This document shows positions 9,172-17,923 of a DNA stretch of 64,000 nt, in pieces. The DNA comes from Anaeromyxobacteraceae bacterium. GTDB lineage: Bacteria; Myxococcota; Myxococcia; Myxococcales; Anaeromyxobacteraceae. Made by a program: the position numbers and the translations under genes. The notes below the pieces were generated by a model. That model made no database searches, was not told where the DNA came from, and saw only the letters and a list, made by a program, of their open reading frames with translations. The stretch spans positions 2,688,001 to 2,752,000 of the forward strand of contig JASGHJ010000002.1 in the NCBI GenBank assembly GCA_047602405.1, read 5' to 3'. How positions within the stretch are numbered: position 1 is the stretch's first letter; every line of letters begins with the position of its first letter.

Positions 9172-10575
9172 ATGAAGCTCAAGCAGCGGCCCGAGGACTT
9201 CCAGGTCACCGAGTCCTGGCGGTTCGACGAGGATCCCCGCGGGCGGCACCACGTCTACCTCATGGACAAGCAGAAGCTGTCGACCTTCGAGGCGGTCGAT
9301 CGCATCTGCTCGACGTTCCGCATCCCGCGCGCCGCGGTCTCGTACTGCGGCCTCAAGGACAAGCAGGGCCGCACGACCCAGCTCATCGCGATCGACGGCG
9401 GGCAGGTCGAGGTGCAGGACGCGGACCTCAGGCTCAAGTACATGGGCCGCTCCGCGACCCCGCTCTCCGCGGAGAACACCACCTCCAACCGCTTCGCGGT
9501 GACGGTGCGCGACCTCGGGGACGACGACGTCGCGCGCCTGCCCGGGTCGATCGCCGAGGTGCGGCGGCTGGGGGTCGTGAACTACTTCGACTCGCAGCGC
9601 TTCGGCTCGCTCAAGCACGGCCAGGGCTTCGTCGTGAAGGAGCTCATGCGCGGCGAGTTCGAGACCGCGCTCAAGAACGTCCTCGCGCGGCCGAGCGAGC
9701 TCGACCGCTCCGACGACGCGAAGGTGAAGACCTGGTGGCGCGACCACTGGGGCGAGTGGGCGAGCCGCAACCCCCACCCCGGCGCCGACCGGTACACCCC
9801 GGTGGTGCGCTTCCTGCGCGACCACCCCGGCGACTGGCGCGGGGCGTTCCTGCGCACCGAGCCGCGCTGGCGCGCGCTGCAGGTGTTCGCGTACCAGAGC
9901 TGGCTCTGGAACGAGGGCGTGAAGGCGTACCTGCGCGACGTGGTCGGCGTGCAGCGGCTCCTCTCGCTCCGCTACCAGGCCGGCACCCTGCTCTTCCCGC
10001 GGGAGCTCGATCCCGCGACGTCGAAGAAGCTCCAGGAGACGTTCCCCCTCCTCGCCCCGAAGACCCGCTTCGCCGACCCCGCCGTGGAGAAGGCGGCGCT
10101 CTCGGTCCTCGGCCGCGAGGACATGGGGCTCGCCAATCTCGCCGTGCCCGGCACGCCCGAGATCCACTTCGACCCCGAGGAGCGCCCGCTCTTCTCGGTC
10201 CCGGGCCGCCTCGCCGTCGGCGAGGCGAAGCCGGACGAGCTCAACCGCGGCCGCCTGCGCGTGAACGTCGCGTTCACGCTGCCGCCCGGCGCCTACGCGA
10301 CGCTCGTCGTGAAGCGGCTCTTCCACTGGACGCTCGCCCCCCGCGGCGCGCGGCCGGAGCCGGTCCGCCCGGCCGCGAGGCCGGCCCGCGCGCCCGCGGC
10401 GCCCGCCGCCCCCGCGCCGGTCACCGTCGCGGGCGCCCCCGTGAAGCCACCCGCCGCGGAGCCCGCCGCGCCGCTCGGCTTCCTCGCGCGCAGGAAGGCC
10501 GAGAAGGCCGCGCGCGCGGCCCGCCGCGCGGCGGCGCCCGTCTCGCGGAAGCCGGCCGGCAAGAAGCGCCGCTGA
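9172..10575 (+). CDS. truD: tRNA pseudouridine(13) synthase
   Basis: KQRPEDFQVTE, CGLKDKQGRTTQ, NRFAVTVR, NYFDSQRFG, AYQSWLWN, FTLPPGAYAT. Confidence 0.92.
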   Translation: MKLKQRPEDFQVTESWRFDEDPRGRHHVYLMDKQKLSTFEAVDRICSTFRIPRAAVSYCGLKDKQGRTTQLIAIDGGQVEVQDADLRLKYMGRSATPLSAENTTSNRFAVTVRDLGDDDVARLPGSIAEVRRLGVVNYFDSQRFGSLKHGQGFVVKELMRGEFETALKNVLARPSELDRSDDAKVKTWWRDHWGEWASRNPHPGADRYTPVVRFLRDHPGDWRGAFLRTEPRWRALQVFAYQSWLWNEGVKAYLRDVVGVQRLLSLRYQAGTLLFPRELDPATSKKLQETFPLLAPKTRFADPAVEKAALSVLGREDMGLANLAVPGTPEIHFDPEERPLFSVPGRLAVGEAKPDELNRGRLRVNVAFTLPPGAYATLVVKRLFHWTLAPRGARPEPVRPAARPARAPAAPAAPAPVTVAGAPVKPPAAEPAAPLGFLARRKAEKAARAARRAAAPVSRKPAGKKRR

Positions 10576-10591
10576 TCCGCGGGCCGGGCGG

Positions 10592-12838
10592 TCAGGCGCC
10601 GAGGTCCTCCGCGGTCCTGAGGCCCATCGTCAGCCGGTCGGAGAGCCGCCCGGCCTGCCGCACCCGGCTCGCGTCCACGAGCATGCGCCCCGCCCAGCGG
10701 TACACGTTGAACTCGGCCACGAGGCGCCGCATCGCGCGCATCCGCTCGGCCTGCTGCTCGGCGGGCATCGTGAGCGCGGTGGCCAGCGCCGCGCTCGCCT
10801 CCTCGAGGTCGTACGGGTTCACGACGAGCGCCTCGGAGAGCTCCCGCGCGGCGCCGGTGAAGCGCGACAGCACCAGCACGCCGCGCTCGTCCTCCCGGGC
10901 GGCGACGAACTCCTTCGCGACGAGGTTCATCCCGTCGTGCAGCGAAGAGACGTAGCAGAGGTCCGCGGCGCGCAGGAACTCGAAGATGGCCGGTGGCTCG
11001 TGGTGGCTGCGGAGCAGCACCACCGGCCGCCAGCCGTCCCGGGCGAAGCGCGCGTCGATGCGGGCCGCGAGCGCCTCCACCCGCGCGTCGAGCGCCCGGT
11101 ACCGCTCGATGAGCGTGCGGCTGGGCGCGGCGAGCTGCACGAAGGTGAAGCGCCCGTGCAGCCAGGGGAACCGCTCGAGCGCGCGCTCGACGGCGAGCAG
11201 CCGCTCCTCGATGCCCTTCGTGTAGTCGAGCCGGTCCACCCCGACCCCGAGGAGCGCGTCGGCGGGGAGCCCGAGCCGCTGCCGCACCACGCGCCGGCAC
11301 TCGGCGGGCGGCGGCGCCCCCGCGGCCCAGTGGTTGGGCCACTCGATCGAGATCGGGTAGCTGCGCACCAGGCACTCCCGGCCCGCCTGGACCACGCTCT
11401 GCCGCTCGCGGTCGATGCGCGACTCGAGGAAGCGGTCCACCGCGTCGACGAAGTTGTTGCAGTGCTGCTGCGTGTGGAAGCCGACGATCGACGAGCCGAG
11501 CAGGCCGTCGAGGAGCTCGCGGGCCCACGGGCAGATGGCGAGCCGCTCCGCGTTCGGCCAGGGGATGTGCCAGAAGGTGAGGATGGTGGCGCGCGGCAGG
11601 CGCTCGCGGATCATCCGGGGCGCGAGCGCGAAGTGGTAGTCCTGCACGAGGACGATGGGGTCGGGCCCCTCCACCTCCTCGCAGACCGCCTCCGCGAAGC
11701 GCCGGTTCACCCGCTCGTACTCGCGGAAGTCCGCCGCCCGGAACTCGGGCCGGGTGTCGGCGAGGTGGCAGAGCGGCCAGAGCCCCTCGTTCGAGAAGCC
11801 GTAGTAGTAGCCCCGCTCCTCCTCCTGCGAGAGCCAGACCCGGCGGATGGCGTAGGACTCCTCGCCCGGGGGGACCCGCACGCGGTCGTGCCGGTCCACC
11901 GTCTCGCGGTCGGCGTCGCCGCTCCCGTGCGCGACCCAGGTGCCCGAACAGGCGCGCATCACCGGCTCGATCGCGGTGACGAGCCCGCTCGCCGGGTGGA
12001 GCACCCGCAGCTCGCCATCCTCGCCGCGCGCGTGGACGTAGGGCTCGCGGTTCGCGAGGAGCACCACGCTCTCGCCGTGCAGCGCCTCGCGGAGCACGTG
12101 CTGGAGCCGCGCGGCGGACCAGGGGCCGACCGCGGCGGCGCGCTCGGCGGCGAGCTCCGCCACGAGCCGGCGCACGTCGGCGAGGAGCGGCTGGAACTGC
12201 TGGCGTGGCGGGCGGGTCCCGAGAGGCAAGGAGACGCGCGCGAGCGGGAGCATGCGGCGCAGCTCGTCGGTCCAGCTCCGCCACGAGGCGCGCCGGAGCG
12301 CCACCGTGAGCACCGAGGCGAGGAGCGCGACGAGCCCGAACGTGCCGAGCGTGAAGCGGCGCATGGCCTCCTCGCGGCGGGTCATGAAGGAGAGGTCGTG
12401 CACGAGCACCAGCGCGCCCCGCGGCGCGCCCTCCGCGACGAGCGGGTGCAGGCTCGCGAGCACGCGCCCGCCGTCGACCTGGTCCTCGACGGTGTCCTCC
12501 GGCCCTGCGCCGCGCGCGCGCATCGCGGCGCAGGAGAGCTGCGCCGGGTAGGCGCGGGTCCGCGCCACCGGCGCGAACGCCTCGTCGCAGAGCTCGGCCG
12601 CCATGACGCGCTCGTCGCGGGTGAGATCCTCGAGCAGCGCCGCGGCCCGGCGGCGATCGTCGCCCGCCACGAGCGGCGCGAGGGCGGCCTGTGCGCCGGT
12701 GGCCGCGAGCCGGGCCCGCAGCGCGACGTCGCGCAGGAACCAGGCCCGCGCCGCCTCGTTGACGATCTGTGAAGCGCCCAGGGCGAGGAGCGCGAGGCAA
12801 CCCAGCAGCGGCAGCCCCACCCGCCATATCGTCCGCAT
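10592..12838 (-). CDS. otsA: Trehalose-6-phosphate synthase (GT20) with N-terminal two-TM/extracytoplasmic extension
   Basis: ANREPY, YYYGFSNEGLWPLCH, VQDYH, FWHIPWP, GVDRLDYTKGI, DGMNLVAKE. Confidence 0.9.
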   Translation of the reverse strand: MRTIWRVGLPLLGCLALLALGASQIVNEAARAWFLRDVALRARLAATGAQAALAPLVAGDDRRRAAALLEDLTRDERVMAAELCDEAFAPVARTRAYPAQLSCAAMRARGAGPEDTVEDQVDGGRVLASLHPLVAEGAPRGALVLVHDLSFMTRREEAMRRFTLGTFGLVALLASVLTVALRRASWRSWTDELRRMLPLARVSLPLGTRPPRQQFQPLLADVRRLVAELAAERAAAVGPWSAARLQHVLREALHGESVVLLANREPYVHARGEDGELRVLHPASGLVTAIEPVMRACSGTWVAHGSGDADRETVDRHDRVRVPPGEESYAIRRVWLSQEEERGYYYGFSNEGLWPLCHLADTRPEFRAADFREYERVNRRFAEAVCEEVEGPDPIVLVQDYHFALAPRMIRERLPRATILTFWHIPWPNAERLAICPWARELLDGLLGSSIVGFHTQQHCNNFVDAVDRFLESRIDRERQSVVQAGRECLVRSYPISIEWPNHWAAGAPPPAECRRVVRQRLGLPADALLGVGVDRLDYTKGIEERLLAVERALERFPWLHGRFTFVQLAAPSRTLIERYRALDARVEALAARIDARFARDGWRPVVLLRSHHEPPAIFEFLRAADLCYVSSLHDGMNLVAKEFVAAREDERGVLVLSRFTGAARELSEALVVNPYDLEEASAALATALTMPAEQQAERMRAMRRLVAEFNVYRWAGRMLVDASRVRQAGRLSDRLTMGLRTAEDLGA

Positions 12839-12948
12839 CCGCGGAAGGTGCCCGCCGGCAGGCGGGCAAGCAAGCCCCCGCGGGTACGGGGACCCTCACG
12901 GAGGTGCGTCGAGGTGCTTCACGCGCCGCCGGGGTGGGCGGGCCCGTT

Positions 12949-12994
12949 CATCCCGACCCTCCGACGCGCCCGGCGTGAACGGAGTCGAGGGACG
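12949..12994 (+). repeat. Degenerate REP-like element (TCCCGA...CGGAGTCGAGGGA family)
   Basis: Shares both ends with the copies at 28652 and 32335. Confidence 0.45.
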
Positions 12995-13008
12995 AGCCCC
13001 CGCAGCGC

Positions 13009-13482
13009 TCAGCTCGGGCGCGGGTCGGCCCACTCCCAGACGAGCGCACCGTCGCGCGCGGCGCGCTCGAGCAGGCGCGCGAGCTCCTCGAGCGGCGCGG
13101 CCGGGGGCACGTCGATGGCCACGAGCTTCGGCCGGAGCACCTCGTGCGTGCAGCCGAGCCGGACGACGGCCGCGAGGAGCCGCTCGGTCCGCTCGCTCCC
13201 GAGCTCCTCGCCCACGTCGAGCGCGAGCCGGAGCGTGCGGTGCCCGCCCCGCTCCACCACGGCGTCGATCCACGGCGGCCGCCCCGGCGCGTGCACCACG
13301 TCCTCGCGGGAGAGGCCGTACGCGAAGAACGGGCAGCTCTCGACGCGGTAGCGGCCGGACCCGAGCGGCTCGGCCCACAGCCAGTCGTCGTCGGGCCCCG
13401 GCTCGCCCGGCCCGCGCTCGAGCGCGATGCGGATCCGCACCAGCCCCTCGACGGCCTCGACCTCGTCCTTCGTCCCCGGCAC
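13009..13482 (-). CDS. DUF4265-like protein
   Basis: WLWAEPLGSGRYRVESCPFFAYGLSREDVV...GHRTLR...VAIDVPP. Start GTG 13482 is inferred; the longer ORF call runs into the mobile element. Confidence 0.7.
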   Translation of the reverse strand: MPGTKDEVEAVEGLVRIRIALERGPGEPGPDDDWLWAEPLGSGRYRVESCPFFAYGLSREDVVHAPGRPPWIDAVVERGGHRTLRLALDVGEELGSERTERLLAAVVRLGCTHEVLRPKLVAIDVPPAAPLEELARLLERAARDGALVWEWADPRPS

Positions 13483-13492
13483 GCAGGAGGTT

Positions 13493-15433
13493 CTAAGAGC
13501 TGTCCCACAATTGCTCAAGCAAGTCGTGGGGCAGACCGGTTCGCCACCGGGCCCGCTCGGACGTGGTCTCCCGTGAGGAAGGCTCATTCCGGGTTGGGCC
13601 CGCGGCCGTGCCGGCGGTTCGCCGAGCCACCGGCGATGAGGCCGGTGTGGACGTCCGCCACGCGGGGCAACTGGCCTCGCGGGCGAAGAGGTCGTTTGAC
13701 TCGGACCGGGTGTCTTGCCACCCGAGACACAGGTAGGGTGTGAGGAGGCGCTGGATTTCGGGGCGGGAGCCGTTTGCGGCGGCGTAGTCGACGCGCGCCG
13801 AGTCGGGTTCGCTGGAGAGGTCGAGCACGACGAAGCTCGCGAGCACCGCGGAGACGGCGTCGCGGTCGCCCTCGAGGCCGCAGCCTGGGCAGCGGTGGAC
13901 CCGGTCGGCGAGGGTCTTCGGCACGCGGGCGCCGCAGGGGCAATGCTGGGAGAGCGCGGTCGTGCGGGTGGGGATCCGGACGACGCCTCCCTTGGTCTGG
14001 GCGAGGCCTGCCACCGCCTTTGCCTCGCGGTCGATGGCCGAGACGAGCAGGCCCGGCGTGAATGCGGCCACGCCGCGGCCCCAGCGGCGCGCCCACGCGG
14101 AGATGTGGCCTTCCTCGACGAACAGTCGGTAGCCGTGGGTTCGGACGACGTCGGCAGCCACCCGCCTGGCGCGGTCGCGGCGGGCCTGCACCCCGGCAGC
14201 CGCGCTGGCGACCTCTTCGGCCCGAAGCCGCCGGTGGCGGCGCGAAAGTTGGTCGCGCCGGTAGGCCTGGAGCGGCACGCCGTCCGCCCTCGCAATCCTC
14301 GGCCCCTGCGGAATGACGTTCACGGGCGAGAGGCCAGAGGCGGCGCGTCGCCGGGCGCGCTTCTCTTGCCGCGTCGACAGCCGGTACTGTTCCTGGTTGG
14401 CAGCGCGGCGGGACCGGTCCAGCGCCCGCTGCCTGCGGCGCTCGCGGCGCCGCCGGCCACGGTCTCCATCCTTCGTGGCAAGGTCGCGCGCGATCCGCGT
14501 GAGGCGCAGGTCGCCTCCCGCCACCTGCGAGGCGATCGTCAGGTTCGACACGTTGACGTCCATCCCCGCGAGGCGGTCAGCCTCGGCGACGGCGACCTCC
14601 GCTCGACGCGCCCTCGTGGCGGGCGAGAGGTAAGGCTCCTTCAGCACCATCAGGTGGGCTTCGTAACGCCAACCTCCGGGCGCATGAGGTGCCCGGGTGC
14701 GAACGAGGTCGACCTTGTGCCAGAGGCTCGGGTCGGCGAGGTGGTAGTCGAGGATGGGCTGGTTGCACGGTGCCGTGGGCAGTCGCACCGGGAGGACCAG
14801 CGAGCCGTCGGCGAGCCCGCTGAAGACGAGCATCAAAGGACCTTGGTAGGCCCACCAGTCGACGCGGCCGCCCGGAGCCGAGGGGGCTCCGAGGCGATGG
14901 CCCGCGAGCGAGCCGTGCAGCCGGAAGGTCTCCCACTTCCGCGCCGTCGTGTGAGAGCGCGCGCGGCCGGGCAGCCTCCCGAAGTCGAACCACCGTCCGA
15001 CGTGGAGCAGTCCCTGCCGCTTTCCGGTCGCGTCGGGGAACAGGTGCCGCTCCGCCGCCGACCAGACCGAGTCGGCGAGGTGCATCGCGAGCGCCTTCGT
15101 GACGAAGCGCCGGAGGTGAGGCGCCGCCTCGAGAACGGCGTACGCGGTGTGCTCGAGCGCCTCCCGGCTCAGGCCGAGCCGGTCGCGCGTGCCCGCGGCG
15201 TCCCGGGCCCGTTCGTGCTTCGCCGCCCAGTAGGCCCGCGTACGGTTCCGGGCCGCCCGCTGCAGCGCCCGCCGCACCCGGTACGCGTCCGCGAACATCC
15301 GCTCGAGCCGCCGACGCTGCAGGGGATCGTGGACGTCGAGCGCGAGCCGCAGGACCGACACGCCGCCCTCGGGCCGGCGCGCCCAGGGCTCCTGCTTGTT
15401 CGGACCGCGGGTCCGCTTGGGTTCGACTTCCAC
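13493..15433 (-). CDS. tnpB: Large TnpB/Cas12-superfamily RuvC nuclease (646 aa), probably RNA-guided
   Basis: RuvC-I LAGMDVN, Arg-rich helix, RuvC-II LFVEEG, zinc finger CPCG...CPGCG, RuvC-III DRDAVSA; D-E-D triad intact; uninterrupted ORF. Confidence 0.85.
   Translation of the reverse strand: MEVEPKRTRGPNKQEPWARRPEGGVSVLRLALDVHDPLQRRRLERMFADAYRVRRALQRAARNRTRAYWAAKHERARDAAGTRDRLGLSREALEHTAYAVLEAAPHLRRFVTKALAMHLADSVWSAAERHLFPDATGKRQGLLHVGRWFDFGRLPGRARSHTTARKWETFRLHGSLAGHRLGAPSAPGGRVDWWAYQGPLMLVFSGLADGSLVLPVRLPTAPCNQPILDYHLADPSLWHKVDLVRTRAPHAPGGWRYEAHLMVLKEPYLSPATRARRAEVAVAEADRLAGMDVNVSNLTIASQVAGGDLRLTRIARDLATKDGDRGRRRRERRRQRALDRSRRAANQEQYRLSTRQEKRARRRAASGLSPVNVIPQGPRIARADGVPLQAYRRDQLSRRHRRLRAEEVASAAAGVQARRDRARRVAADVVRTHGYRLFVEEGHISAWARRWGRGVAAFTPGLLVSAIDREAKAVAGLAQTKGGVVRIPTRTTALSQHCPCGARVPKTLADRVHRCPGCGLEGDRDAVSAVLASFVVLDLSSEPDSARVDYAAANGSRPEIQRLLTPYLCLGWQDTRSESNDLFAREASCPAWRTSTPASSPVARRTAGTAAGPTRNEPSSRETTSERARWRTGLPHDLLEQLWDSS
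13496..13735 (-). ncRNA. Putative omegaRNA-like scaffold overlapping the tnpB 3' end
   Basis: The ~80 codons of low-information protein tail lie over stacked hairpins at 13708-13730, 13628-13647, 13536-13550 and 13504-13530; same position as TnpB omegaRNAs. Inference. Confidence 0.45.
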
Positions 15434-16165
15434 CTTTTCACCTTAAGCCAAAGCCCTGACAGGCGTTCAGGGCCTCCGAGCAGGCGCCCATGGACGAAGT
15501 GAGCAACGTTCGCGCCTCCAGGCTGTCCCTCATCCCGACCCACCGACTGCTCACCCTCGCGTCCCTCTCATGGCGCGACCTTGCTCGCCTCCGGCGCGTG
15601 CTCCCCGCGTCCAGGTGCCGGGGGCGTCCCTGCTCGAGCTCGCCGCTGCACCGTCTCCTCGTCGCCTGCATCGCGCTGCGCACCAACCTCACCCTGCGCG
15701 AGCTCGCCGCCGTCGTCGGCCTCTCGAAGTCGACCGTCCATCGCATCGTCGCAGCCTTCACGCCGAGGCTCGCTGGCCTCGCTCGCCCTCCCGTCCGGAG
15801 AGATCGCCGCGAGACCTGGATCGTCGATGGGACCCTCATCCTCACTCGTGATCACGGCCGCCCACCGTCGGCGAGCACACGGCGGTGGTCGAGGCCCCTG
15901 AAAGCGGGGATGCGAAGGCCGGTGAAGCCTCGGTATCCTGCAACGCCCGGGTGCTCGTGCGCTGGCGAGACCGTCGGAGCAACGGGACCGTTCGGGATCG
16001 CGCCTGGCGCCGCCATCGTCGCCGCCGGGCTCGCGTCGAACACGTCCTCGCTCGCCTCAAAGGCGCGTCCTGCGCGACCACCGCCGACGCGGCCGCCACC
16101 TCGCGGCCACCGTGGCAGCCGTCGCCGTCCTTCACAATCTCAAGCGAAACTTGTGGGACAGCTTC
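13496..16165. mobile_element. IS5-family-like element with terminal inverted repeats, carrying a tnpB-like gene and a decayed DDE transposase
   Basis: Left end AGAGCTGTCCCACAA (13496-13510) versus right end TTGTGGGACAGCTTC (16151-16165), 13/15 identical; TA on each side (13494-5, 16166-7); empty site reconstructs to CTAG; more A/T-rich codon usage than the flanks. Confidence 0.85.
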
Positions 16166-16168
16166 TAG
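15490..16168 (+). pseudogene. IS5-family (HTH + DDE, IS112/ISL2-like) transposase remnant
   Basis: RGRP...LRTNLTLRELAAVVGLSKSTVHR (HTH); IVDGTLILTRDH (first D); RARVEHVLARLK in a second frame (E); VLRDHRRRG...LHNLKRNLWDSF* in a third frame; middle ADxGY motif missing. Confidence 0.8.
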
Positions 16169-16953
16169 CGCGGACCGAGCCGCGCCGCGATCCCCTCGGC
16201 GAGGTCCCCGCCCGTGTGCCGCGGCGGAACGACACCCGGCTCGAGGCCCTCCTCCCGGAGCGCCGCCGCGGTGGTCGGGCCGATGGCCGCCAGCACGAGG
16301 CCCGCGGCGCCGAGCAGCGCGCGCGCGCGCGGGCCCAGCCCCGCGACCACCGCCCGGACGGCGGACGGCGACGCGAAGGCCACCGCCGCGATCTCGCCGG
16401 CGTCGAGCCAGCGGCCGAGCGGCGCGAACGCCTCGGGCGCGGCCGGGACGGTGCGGTACGCCTCGACGGCGACCACCTCGGCGCCCGCCGCGGCGAGCCC
16501 CGCCAGGATCTCCGGGCGCCCCTCCGCCGGGCGCGGCACGAGCACCCGGGCGCCGCGCACCTCGGGGCCGAGCGCGGCGGCGAGCGCGTCGCCGCGGGCC
16601 TCCGCGGGCACGAGGTCCGGGGGCCGGCCCAGCGCGGCCTCCAGGCGCTGCGCGGTGGCCGGGCCGACCGCGCCCAGGCGCAGGCGTCCGAGCGCGGCGC
16701 GCGGCACGCCCAGGGCGGCCATGCGCTCGAGCGTGCGGTCGACGGCGGTCGCGCTCGCGAAGACCGCCCAGGCGTGGGACGGCAGCGCGCGCAGCGCCGC
16801 GTCGAGCGGCCCCGGGTCGGCGGGCGGCGCGAACGCGATGGCGGCGACGTCGCGGACCTCCGCGCCGAGCGCGCGAAGCCGGGCGGACAGCTCGTCCTCC
16901 CCGCCGCGGCCGCGGGTCACCACCACGGCGCGCCCGGCGAGGGGGCCGGCCAA
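16165..16953 (-). CDS. hemD: Uroporphyrinogen-III synthase
   Basis: PLAGRAVVVTR, FASATAV, AVGPATA, VEAYRT, FASPSAV, AIGPTTA; follows hemC. Confidence 0.9.
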   Translation of the reverse strand: MAGPLAGRAVVVTRGRGGEDELSARLRALGAEVRDVAAIAFAPPADPGPLDAALRALPSHAWAVFASATAVDRTLERMAALGVPRAALGRLRLGAVGPATAQRLEAALGRPPDLVPAEARGDALAAALGPEVRGARVLVPRPAEGRPEILAGLAAAGAEVVAVEAYRTVPAAPEAFAPLGRWLDAGEIAAVAFASPSAVRAVVAGLGPRARALLGAAGLVLAAIGPTTAAALREEGLEPGVVPPRHTGGDLAEGIAARLGPR

Positions 16954-16958
16954 GTCCG

Positions 16959-17906
16959 CTACCCCTGGCGCTTCGGGGCCGAGAGCCCCGCCGCCTTGCC
17001 CTCGGCCTCCTTGAGGATGGCCGCGGCACCCTTCGAGAGGAGGTCCTCGGCGAGCGCGACGCCCATCGCGCGCGCGGAGCCGGCGGGACCGGTCCGCTCA
17101 CCGCGGATGATGCGGGTGCCGTCGAGCGACGCGACGAGCGCGCGCATCTTCACCGTCCCGCCGTCCACCGTGGCGTGGCCGGCGATCGGCACCTGGCAGC
17201 CGCCCTCGATGCGGCCGAGGAACCCGCGCTCCGCCTCGATGCGCACCCGGGTCTCCGGGTGCTCGAGCCGGGCGAGGCGCGCCATCGTGGCGGCGTCGGC
17301 GGCGCGGGCCTCGAGCGCGAGCGCGCCCTGGGCGACGGCCGGCAGCATCTCGTCGGGCGAGAGCACCTGGGTGGCGTGCTCGGCGAGGCCGAGGCGGCGC
17401 AGGCCGGCGTACGCGAGGACCACCGCGTCGAGCTCGGAGGTGGCCTTGTTGAGCCGGGTCTGCACGTTGCCGCGCACGACGTGGAGCTCGAGGTCGGGGC
17501 GGACCGCCTTGAGCTGGGCGCCGCGGCGGAGCGAGGAGGTGCCGACCTTCGCGCCCTTCGGGAGCTGGTCGAGCGTCTTCCAGCGCGGCGAGCAGAGCGC
17601 GTCGCGCGGGTCCTCGCGCACCGGGACGGCGGCGATGACGAGCCCCGGCGCGAGCTCGGCCGGGAGGTCCTTCATCGAGTGCACGGCGATCTCGGCGTCG
17701 CCCTTCAGGAGCGCGTCCTCGATCTCCTTCACGAACAGCCCCTTGCCGCCGACCTCGGCGAGCGGCACCTCGAGGATGCGGTCGCCCTTGGTCATGAGCT
17801 CGTGGAGCACCACCTCGAGGCCGGGCTCCTGGGCACGGAGGAGGTCGGCCACGTGGTTGGCCTGCCACTTCGCCAGCGGGCTGCGGCGGGTCGCGATGCG
17901 GATCAT
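16959..17906 (-). CDS. hemC: Hydroxymethylbilane synthase (porphobilinogen deaminase)
   Basis: IRIATRRSPLAKWQ, GGKGLFVKEIE, AVHSMKD, VGTSSLRR, GGCQVP. Confidence 0.96.
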   Translation of the reverse strand: MIRIATRRSPLAKWQANHVADLLRAQEPGLEVVLHELMTKGDRILEVPLAEVGGKGLFVKEIEDALLKGDAEIAVHSMKDLPAELAPGLVIAAVPVREDPRDALCSPRWKTLDQLPKGAKVGTSSLRRGAQLKAVRPDLELHVVRGNVQTRLNKATSELDAVVLAYAGLRRLGLAEHATQVLSPDEMLPAVAQGALALEARAADAATMARLARLEHPETRVRIEAERGFLGRIEGGCQVPIAGHATVDGGTVKMRALVASLDGTRIIRGERTGPAGSARAMGVALAEDLLSKGAAAILKEAEGKAAGLSAPKRQG

Positions 17907-17923
17907 GTCTCGTGTTCTCCTGG

